A stretch of 52,139 bases of DNA, from NCBI GenBank assembly GCA_902464345.1, contig CABQJA010000001.1, positions 1-52,139 on the forward strand, read 5' to 3'. Both the position numbers and the translations under genes were made by a program. Below, piece after piece: positions 8,234-15,213 of the stretch. The notes under the pieces were generated by a model, which searched no databases, was not told the origin of the DNA, and saw only the letters and a list, made by a program, of their open reading frames with translations. The first letter of the stretch is position 1. Each line of letters opens with the position of its first letter. Origin of the DNA: an uncultured Clostridium sp. (GTDB taxonomy: Bacteria; Bacillota; Clostridia; Lachnospirales; Lachnospiraceae).

Positions 8234-8560
8234 CAGGGGAGCACGATCATAGAGGTGACATTAATTATGAGTCTGGTTCTGGTTGTGATTTTTCTGATAC
8301 TGACCATGCTGCTTGGCGTGTGGAAGCAGGCAGAGGCACATGCAGATATGATGACTGTGGAACAGGACGAGACTGCACAGCAGGATCATGAGATTTGTAC
8401 AGAGGTTGCCGGGGATCGGATCATATATTCAAAAAAGGTATGTGTGGAGCTGGTGCGGGGATACGCAGTTAAGAGCAGAGAGTACCAGATTGAGCGGAAT
8501 ACAGAGACAGAGCAGCGCTTAAGGAGGTGGCAGTTATTTGGAAACCTGTTATCAGACTGA
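8162..8560 (+). CDS. Small TadE-like (possibly DUF4320-like) pseudopilin
   Basis: RNRNQG|STIIEVTLIMSLVLVVIFLIL fits the G|xxxxEV motif plus TM. The GTG start lies 8 nt after AGGTGGG. The leader is encoded by repeat units 5-6. Confidence 0.7.
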   Translation: MNRTGNTSKCRTEDRSRKPHRNRNQGSTIIEVTLIMSLVLVVIFLILTMLLGVWKQAEAHADMMTVEQDETAQQDHEICTEVAGDRIIYSKKVCVELVRGYAVKSREYQIERNTETEQRLRRWQLFGNLLSD

Positions 8561-9896
8561 AGGTTTTCGGCAGTATATGGTTCTGAAGGGAGAAAGTAAG
8601 GATGTCGATGACTTTCAATTAAATATGTTGATGCGATATGAAGGAAGTGGATTATTGCCATTAGAAATCCAGGGCTGTGACGGACAGTTTCAGATCGCAT
8701 ATGATACCAAGGGGACACAGACATTATCACAGATGAGTGAAGAGCAGGAGCTTGACTTTCCTGTATTGCGGCAGCTGTTTACAGATTTATGGAACTGCTA
8801 TAAGGAGATGGAAGAATATCTGCTCCCTTTGGAGGGGATTCTGACAGCACCGGAGATGATATATTACCATGCCGGAAAAAGGCGGTTTCGGTTCTGCTTT
8901 CGGATGGGAGGTCAGGGGGAGTTTCATGCCTCTCTGATCATGCTGGTGGAGTTCTGCATGAAACACACCCGGCATCAGGATACGGAAGCCGTTATGTATA
9001 TATACGGATTATACCGGCTGTTACAGGAAGAAACAGCCGGTATAGAAGAGGTACAATGCTTTCTGGAGAATATGGAGAAGCAGATGAAGAAGGAACCGGA
9101 TGATATAGGTCTTGTTATGAACGCAAAGAGGAGTAATGAGCCGGAAAGAGAAGAAATCGGAAAAACAGAGGGACCGGATGCAACACAGAGGGCAGAAAGG
9201 ACGGAGGAGATAAGCAGAGAAACCGATGGGAAAAAGGTATGGATATACAGAATACTCACCGGATTTTCTCTGATTGCTGTCGTCATTTATGCTTGGCGAT
9301 ACTGGGTGTTTCTGGGTTATGACCGCGATTGTAAATTTATGATATTCAGCATGATCCTGTTTTTATTTTTCCTTTACAGTACGATAAAACTCCGGCGCAG
9401 GCAGAATAGACATAAGGTTCAACAGAGGGCAGAGGAGTCCGGAGAAGAAAGACGGGAAAAAGAAAAAACGGGAGAGGGACTCCATAGATCGGTGGTAGAG
9501 CTGGTGGAGCCATTATCCGGAGAAACCGGTGTTATAGGGAGAATATATGATGGGGAGACCGGGCTGATACAGGTGACCGGGCAGGATGCGTGGCAGCTAA
9601 AGGGAGCGGGAACGCAGGATATTTTGTTGAAGGCACTGCCCGGAATCATTGGTCGATCCAATCTGGCTGAGTACCCATTGGAGGAAACGGGGATTAGTCG
9701 GAAGCACGCCCGTGTATTTCAGCAGGATGGTGAGCTTTATATCGAGGATCTGGCATCTACAAATGGTACCTACTGTAATGGCAGACGGATCTCCAGAGGG
9801 AAACCGGTGCGGCTGGAAGAAGGTACCAGACTGGTGCTGGGAGCAAACCATTACATTGTTGAAAAGGTTAAGAAACATTGTGGGAGCAATGTCTGA
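8538..9896 (+). CDS. Membrane-spanning FHA-domain protein (N-terminal DUF6382-like domain, two TM segments, C-terminal FHA)
   Basis: The C-terminus IGRSNLAEYPLEETGISRKHARVFQQDGELYIEDLASTNGTYCNGRRI is a canonical FHA signature (GR..., SR.H, N-G). TM segments: ILTGFSLIAVVIYAWRYWVF and FMIFSMILFLFFLYSTI. TTG start 8 nt after AAGGAGGTGG, overlapping the upstream gene by 23 nt. Confidence 0.8.
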   Translation: METCYQTEGFRQYMVLKGESKDVDDFQLNMLMRYEGSGLLPLEIQGCDGQFQIAYDTKGTQTLSQMSEEQELDFPVLRQLFTDLWNCYKEMEEYLLPLEGILTAPEMIYYHAGKRRFRFCFRMGGQGEFHASLIMLVEFCMKHTRHQDTEAVMYIYGLYRLLQEETAGIEEVQCFLENMEKQMKKEPDDIGLVMNAKRSNEPEREEIGKTEGPDATQRAERTEEISRETDGKKVWIYRILTGFSLIAVVIYAWRYWVFLGYDRDCKFMIFSMILFLFFLYSTIKLRRRQNRHKVQQRAEESGEERREKEKTGEGLHRSVVELVEPLSGETGVIGRIYDGETGLIQVTGQDAWQLKGAGTQDILLKALPGIIGRSNLAEYPLEETGISRKHARVFQQDGELYIEDLASTNGTYCNGRRISRGKPVRLEEGTRLVLGANHYIVEKVKKHCGSNV

Positions 9897-9917
9897 AAAT
9901 TAAGAAAACAATCCGGC

Positions 9918-9945
9918 GGGGCAGTTGCTTTTATGCCCCCTTTCC
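9918..9945 (+). terminator. Weak hairpin terminator candidate after the tad cluster
   Basis: GGGGCA-N10-TGCCCC stem-loop followed by CTTTCC. The U-tail is short. Confidence 0.35.
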
Positions 9946-10022
9946 GCTATAATAAGATGGAGTGTTTGTGTATTGAAATATGATGATTCATACAGGAAAA
10001 GAAGTACAAAGGAGCGGTTCTG

Positions 10023-11018
10023 GTGAAGATAAACATCTATTATGGCGGACGGGGTCTGATTGAGGATCCTACGTTATATGTCATTGGGAAAATAACAGAA
10101 GTATTAGAAGAGCTTCGTGTAGATGTGAGAAGATATAATCTGTACGAGGATAAGAATGCGATAGCAACTCTTCCGGCGACATTGAAGGATGCAGATGGAG
10201 TAATTCTGGCCGTTTCGCTTGAATGGTTTGGAATTGGTGGATATATGCAGCAATTCCTGGATATGTGCTGGTTGTATGGAGACAAAGAGAAGATTGCGAC
10301 ACTTTATATGCTTCCGGTTGTTATGGCAACCACATACGGAGAACGGGATGCAGAGACCTCTGTGGTAAAGGCCTGGGAAACACTTGGAGGAACAGCCTTA
10401 AAGGGACTGACCGCATATGTGGAAAATCATACGGAGTTTGAGACCTCTGCGACATATCGGACACTGATCGAGAAGCAGGCAGAGAATTTATACCGGGCGA
10501 TTCATCAGAAAACACCGGTATTTCCGAATAGTAATGTTGCAGTCAGAGAGAATGTATCACGGACAAAGACCATTGATCTGACACCACAGGAAAGTGAGCA
10601 GCTGTCCCGATTTGTATCGGATGATGCATATGTAAAGCAGCAGAAGAAGGATATTGAAGAATTATCTGCAATGTTCAAGTCTATGCTGGGGGATGAACCA
10701 CAGGAGAAGGAAGGCGAGTTCATCCGGGAATTCCGGACAAACTATTATCCGCTTGCGGATTTTTCGGCGAAGTATATTATTATTATACCGGATCGGGAGT
10801 CTACCTTATCAATTGAGGTAAACCCGGAGGGCATTAAGTGCTGGTATAGTGATGATACGGAAGCAGATGTGGTAATGCGGGCAGAAACAAAGGTATTAAA
10901 AGCAATTTTGCATGGCAAAAATACATTCCAGAGGGCATTTATGTCCGGCGAGATAACAGCAAAGGGGAATTTTAAGACCCTGCGTATGTTAGATCAGATA
11001 TTTCGGTTTCGATATTAA
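10023..11018 (+). CDS. Flavodoxin-like / NAD(P)H-dependent oxidoreductase fold fused to a C-terminal SCP2 sterol-carrier-like domain
   Basis: GTG start 8 nt after AAAGGAG. The N-terminus MKINIYYGGRG...DADGVILAVSLEWFG is flavodoxin-like. The C-terminus AFMSGEITAKGNFKTLRMLDQIF is SCP2-like. Confidence 0.6.
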   Translation: MKINIYYGGRGLIEDPTLYVIGKITEVLEELRVDVRRYNLYEDKNAIATLPATLKDADGVILAVSLEWFGIGGYMQQFLDMCWLYGDKEKIATLYMLPVVMATTYGERDAETSVVKAWETLGGTALKGLTAYVENHTEFETSATYRTLIEKQAENLYRAIHQKTPVFPNSNVAVRENVSRTKTIDLTPQESEQLSRFVSDDAYVKQQKKDIEELSAMFKSMLGDEPQEKEGEFIREFRTNYYPLADFSAKYIIIIPDRESTLSIEVNPEGIKCWYSDDTEADVVMRAETKVLKAILHGKNTFQRAFMSGEITAKGNFKTLRMLDQIFRFRY

Positions 11019-11044
11019 CAGTCAGCAGATAGGATGTGAATGAA

Positions 11045-12646
11045 ATGTCATATAAAGCGTTATACCGTAAGTGGAGACCGGATACATTTGAGGAAGTAAA
11101 GGGCCAGGAGCATATTGTAACGACATTGCGGAATCAGATCACGCATGACCGGATCGGACACGCATATTTGTTCTGCGGAACAAGAGGTACCGGAAAGACA
11201 ACCGTAGCGAAGCTGTTTGCGAAGGCAGTGAACTGTGAGCATCCGGTAGATGGAAGTCCGTGTGGAGAGTGTGCGAGCTGCAGATCGATCGCAGAAGGCT
11301 CGTCTATGAATGTGATCGAGATCGATGCTGCATCGAACAATGGTGTTGATAATATCCGGGAGATCCGGGATGAGGTGCAGTATTCACCGACTGAAGGAAA
11401 GTATAAAGTATATATTATAGATGAGGTGCATATGCTCTCGATCGGAGCATTTAATGCACTGTTAAAGACACTGGAGGAGCCGCCGTCTTATGTGATTTTC
11501 ATTCTGGCAACTACAGAATCACATAAGGTTCCGATTACGATTTTATCCCGTTGTCAGAAATATGATTTTCGTCGGATTACGGTTCAGACGATTTCGGATC
11601 GGCTCATGGACCTGATGAACCGGGAAGGTGTATCGGTTGAGAAAAAGGCGATTGATTATATTGCCAAGGCTGCAGACGGTTCCATGCGAGATGCATTGAG
11701 TCTGCTGGATCAGTGCATAGCCTTTTATCTGGGCGAGACCCTGACCTATGAGAAGTGTCTGGATGTACTGGGAGCGGTTGATACAGAGGTATTCATCCGG
11801 TTGTTAAGTACCGTGGAAGAAAAGAATGTAGACGGAGCGATCGCATTAATTGATGAGATTATCTGGCAGGGGCGGGAGCTTGGACAGTTTATCCTTGACT
11901 TCACATGGTTCATGCGGAACCTGTTACTGTTAAAGAGCTCCGCAAATGCGAGAGATATGTTGGATCTGTCAAAGGAGAATCTGGATGCCATGGAGCAGAT
12001 GGCAGCGAAGGTATCTCTGGATGAGCTGATGCGGTACATCCGTATTTTTTCGGAACTTTCGAATAATATTAAATATGCAAGTCAAAAACGGGTAATACTG
12101 GAATTAGCAGTCATTAAGCTGTGTGTTCCGGAGATGGAACAGAATTATGATTCTATTATTCAGCGTATGGATGATTTAACCAGACGGCTGGATCTGATAG
12201 AGAAGAGTCCGCCGAAGCAGGTGGTGGGGAATGTAGTGCAGACAGCAGCGACAGAATCGAATGGTGCCAAAGAGCCATCTGAAGCGGAGCTGGTCAAAGC
12301 ACTTCCGGAAGCAACCCTGCAGGAGCTGAAAAGCATAGCGGCACATCTGCCGGTGGTTTATGAGAAGCTGGAGCCGGCACTAAGAACATTATTACAGATG
12401 TCAGATGTGCGGGTGGATAAAGAGCATATGTCAATTGTAATTCTGCTGGATGAGACCAATCAGGGACTTCTGGCAGAAGGTGGAGAAGATCAGGAAGCAA
12501 TCCGGGAGGCCTTTGTGCAGGCTTCTGAACGGAATCTGACGGTGGAATTTCGAAAGAAGTACCAGAACAATGCCGGGCAGCAGGATCTGATCCGATTGAA
12601 TATTTTTGAAGAAATGAATATTCCAGTGGAATATGATGATAATTAG
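11045..12646 (+). CDS. dnaX: DNA polymerase III subunit gamma/tau
   Basis: N-terminus MSYKALYRKWRP. Walker A GTRGTGKTT, Zn module CxxxxxxxxCGxCxxC, DEVHML and SRCQ box. It sits in the conserved dnaX-ybaB-recR arrangement. Confidence 0.95.
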   Translation: MSYKALYRKWRPDTFEEVKGQEHIVTTLRNQITHDRIGHAYLFCGTRGTGKTTVAKLFAKAVNCEHPVDGSPCGECASCRSIAEGSSMNVIEIDAASNNGVDNIREIRDEVQYSPTEGKYKVYIIDEVHMLSIGAFNALLKTLEEPPSYVIFILATTESHKVPITILSRCQKYDFRRITVQTISDRLMDLMNREGVSVEKKAIDYIAKAADGSMRDALSLLDQCIAFYLGETLTYEKCLDVLGAVDTEVFIRLLSTVEEKNVDGAIALIDEIIWQGRELGQFILDFTWFMRNLLLLKSSANARDMLDLSKENLDAMEQMAAKVSLDELMRYIRIFSELSNNIKYASQKRVILELAVIKLCVPEMEQNYDSIIQRMDDLTRRLDLIEKSPPKQVVGNVVQTAATESNGAKEPSEAELVKALPEATLQELKSIAAHLPVVYEKLEPALRTLLQMSDVRVDKEHMSIVILLDETNQGLLAEGGEDQEAIREAFVQASERNLTVEFRKKYQNNAGQQDLIRLNIFEEMNIPVEYDDN

Positions 12647-12658
12647 GAGGATGTAAAA

Positions 12659-13015
12659 ATGGCAAAACGTGGTGGTGGATATCCCGGAGGAATGATGCCG
12701 GGAAATATGAACAATCTGATGAAGCAGGCACAGAAGATGCAGAAGCAGATGGAAGAGGCAACAAAGGAGCTGGAAGAGAAGACCTATGAAGCAACTGCAG
12801 GCGGCGGAGTCGTAAAGGTAGTTGTGAATGGCAAGAAAGAGATTCAGTCGATTGAACTGGACGAAGAGGTTGTTGACAAGGATGATATTGAGATGCTGCA
12901 GGATCTTATTATTGCGGCAGTTAACGAGGCACTTCGGGCACAGGAAGAGGATTCCAATAAGGAGATGTCCAAGATCACAGGTAATATGGGTGGACTGGGA
13001 GGCTTTCCGTTCTAG
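12659..13015 (+). CDS. ybaB: YbaB/EbfC-family nucleoid-associated protein
   Basis: 118 aa with [18 protein letters not shown]...[15 protein letters not shown], located between dnaX and recR. Confidence 0.9.
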   Translation: MAKRGGGYPGGMMPGNMNNLMKQAQKMQKQMEEATKELEEKTYEATAGGGVVKVVVNGKKEIQSIELDEEVVDKDDIEMLQDLIIAAVNEALRAQEEDSNKEMSKITGNMGGLGGFPF

Positions 13016-13017
13016 TC

Positions 13018-13617
13018 ATGAATTATTATGGTAATGAGATTAATAATTTAATAGAACAGTTATCTCATTTGCCGGGAATTGGCGGTAAGTCAGCACAGCG
13101 ACTGGCATTTCATATTATTGATATGCCGATGGAGCAGGTGGACCAGCTGGCTAATACCATTCAGACGGCAAGGAAGAATGTCAAGTATTGCAGTACCTGT
13201 TATACCTTGACGGACAAGGAGATATGCCCGATCTGTGCATCGCCGAACCGGGATCACAGCACCATCATGGTGGTGGAGGATACCAGAGATCTGGCCGCGT
13301 ATGAACGTACCGGTCGCTATAATGGTGTTTATCATGTTCTTCATGGAGCACTGGATCCTGCGATGGGGAAAGGACCGGAGGATATCAAATTAAAAGAGCT
13401 GCTGGTGCGTCTGCAGAATGAAGAGGTAGAAGAGCTGATCATAGCAACCAATTCAGATGTTCCGGGTGAAGCAACGGCTATGTATATCAGTAAGCTGGTG
13501 AAACCGTCCGGAATCAAAGTCAGCAGGATTGCCAGCGGAGTACCGATTGGCGGGGAGCTGGAATGTATTGATGAAGTAACTCTGTTCCGTGCATTAGAAG
13601 GCAGAGTTTATTTATAA
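13018..13617 (+). CDS. recR: Recombination protein RecR
   Basis: HhH motif [16 protein letters not shown]4 zinc finger [16 protein letters not shown], and a Toprim-like region. Confidence 0.95.
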   Translation: MNYYGNEINNLIEQLSHLPGIGGKSAQRLAFHIIDMPMEQVDQLANTIQTARKNVKYCSTCYTLTDKEICPICASPNRDHSTIMVVEDTRDLAAYERTGRYNGVYHVLHGALDPAMGKGPEDIKLKELLVRLQNEEVEELIIATNSDVPGEATAMYISKLVKPSGIKVSRIASGVPIGGELECIDEVTLFRALEGRVYL

Positions 13618-13643
13618 AACATAAGAAAGAGAAGGTGGTTCGT

Positions 13644-14720
13644 ATGAAGAGAATAGGAATGTTGACCAGTGGTGGAGATTGTCAGGCATTGAACGCAACC
13701 ATGCGGGGAGTTGTCAAAGGATTGTATGGCTCTTTTAAGGATGTGGAGATATACGGATTTCTGGAAGGCTATAAGGGCTTGATGTATGGGAATTACAAGC
13801 AGTTAAAGGCCGAAGATTTCTCAGGTATTCTGACACAGGGCGGTACGATACTGGGAACCTCCAGACAGCCGTTTAAGTTAATGCGGCAGCCGGATGCCAA
13901 TGGCATGGACAAGGTAAAGGCAATGAAGGATACCTATAAAAAGCTGAAGCTGGACTGTCTGGTTGTTCTGGGTGGAAACGGTTCACAGAAGACGGCCAAT
14001 CTGTTAAGCGAAGAAGGATTAAATGTCATCGGATTACCGAAGACCATTGATAATGATTTATGGGGCACAGATATGACATTCGGTTTCCAGAGTGCAGTAG
14101 ATATTGCGACAGATGCAATTGATTGTATTCATACGACAGCGGCTTCTCATGGCAGAGTCTTTATTGTAGAGATCATGGGACATAAGGTAGGATGGATCAC
14201 ATTATATGCCGGTATTGCCGGTGGTGCGGATATTATTCTGATTCCGGAGATTCCGTATGATATTAAGAATGTCTGCAAGGCATTGGACAGACGTGCACAG
14301 CAGGGCAAGCGATTCTCTATTCTGGCAGTTGCAGAGGGCGCTATTTCAAAGGAAGTTGCTTCTCTGCCAAAGAAGGAGCGAAAGGCAATTCTGGAGAATC
14401 CGAAGTATCCGTCTGTAGCATATGAGATTGCAGAACAGATTAAGTCTTATGGCGGACAGGAGGTCCGGGTAACCGTTCCGGGACATACACAGAGAGGTGG
14501 AAGTCCATGTCCATATGACCGTGTTTTATCAAGCCGTTTTGGTGCAAAGGCAGCAGAGCTGATCAAAGAGGGCAAGTATGGAGAGCTTGTTGTATTGAAG
14601 AATGATGAGGTAACCTCCATTCCGTTGTCTGAATCAGCAGGAAAGTTAAAATATGTTTCACCGGAGGACAGCATTGTACAGAATGCAAGAATGTTAGGTA
14701 TTTCCTTCGGTGACGAATAA
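13644..14720 (+). CDS. pfkA: 6-phosphofructokinase
   Basis: Motifs MKRIGMLTSGGDCQALNA, GGNGS, PKTIDNDL, MGHKVGW and PGHTQRGG. ATG 13644 follows GAGAAGGTGG. Confidence 0.9.
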   Translation: MKRIGMLTSGGDCQALNATMRGVVKGLYGSFKDVEIYGFLEGYKGLMYGNYKQLKAEDFSGILTQGGTILGTSRQPFKLMRQPDANGMDKVKAMKDTYKKLKLDCLVVLGGNGSQKTANLLSEEGLNVIGLPKTIDNDLWGTDMTFGFQSAVDIATDAIDCIHTTAASHGRVFIVEIMGHKVGWITLYAGIAGGADIILIPEIPYDIKNVCKALDRRAQQGKRFSILAVAEGAISKEVASLPKKERKAILENPKYPSVAYEIAEQIKSYGGQEVRVTVPGHTQRGGSPCPYDRVLSSRFGAKAAELIKEGKYGELVVLKNDEVTSIPLSESAGKLKYVSPEDSIVQNARMLGISFGDE

Positions 14721-14802
14721 GATAAAATAGCAACAAATCACCCTCCATGCATACAATATTCTGTAAGAGATGATTCTGGAATCAGAATGCAGGAGGGTGA
14801 AT

Positions 14803-15192
14803 ATGAGTAGTTTTCAGGATTATTTACAGCAGGCATCTCAGAAGCTGTGGCCGGATAAATTCAATCTGGATCAATTAGAAATGTCGGAAGAAGATGCCTA
14901 TCAGGATTATGAAAGAATGAAACGCATGTATCCGAGAGAAGCCAGATTTATAGCCGCCATGGTGGAGGATATGTGCGATCAGTTAGAATATGAGGGTAGT
15001 CCGATGTTTGATGAACAGCCGGATGCTGTCAGCATCTATCGGATGGCGGAAGAGGTCTGGATTCGTATGAAAGGACGGGATGCAGGGAGTCCCAAGCCGG
15101 ATGATCCGGTGATACAGCTTTCCCTGATTTTAATATGTAACGAATTTCATATGCGTCGGTGTCGGTATCGACAGAGGAGACGACTTTTTTAG
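14803..15192 (+). CDS. Hypothetical protein (acidic core, Arg-rich C-terminus)
   Basis: CAGGAGGG SD 5 nt upstream of ATG 14803. There is no TM segment and no motif I recognise. Confidence 0.55.
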   Translation: MSSFQDYLQQASQKLWPDKFNLDQLEMSEEDAYQDYERMKRMYPREARFIAAMVEDMCDQLEYEGSPMFDEQPDAVSIYRMAEEVWIRMKGRDAGSPKPDDPVIQLSLILICNEFHMRRCRYRQRRRLF

Positions 15193-15213
15193 GATATATT
15201 CGGGAGCAACGAA

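Noticed and set aside
9649-9903. 84-aa ORF in an alternative frame within the FHA domain region, and a 139-aa alternative-frame ORF inside the YtvI-like gene (42732-43151)
   Set aside because: Both are same-strand overlapping frames inside genes with clear domain signatures. Neither has independent signals.
11636-11652. Programmed -1 frameshift site in dnaX, as in E. coli tau/gamma
   Set aside because: The only A-rich candidate is GAG AAA AAG. It lacks the full A AAA AAG heptamer and lies far upstream of the region where the E. coli shift occurs. No downstream hairpin was seen.
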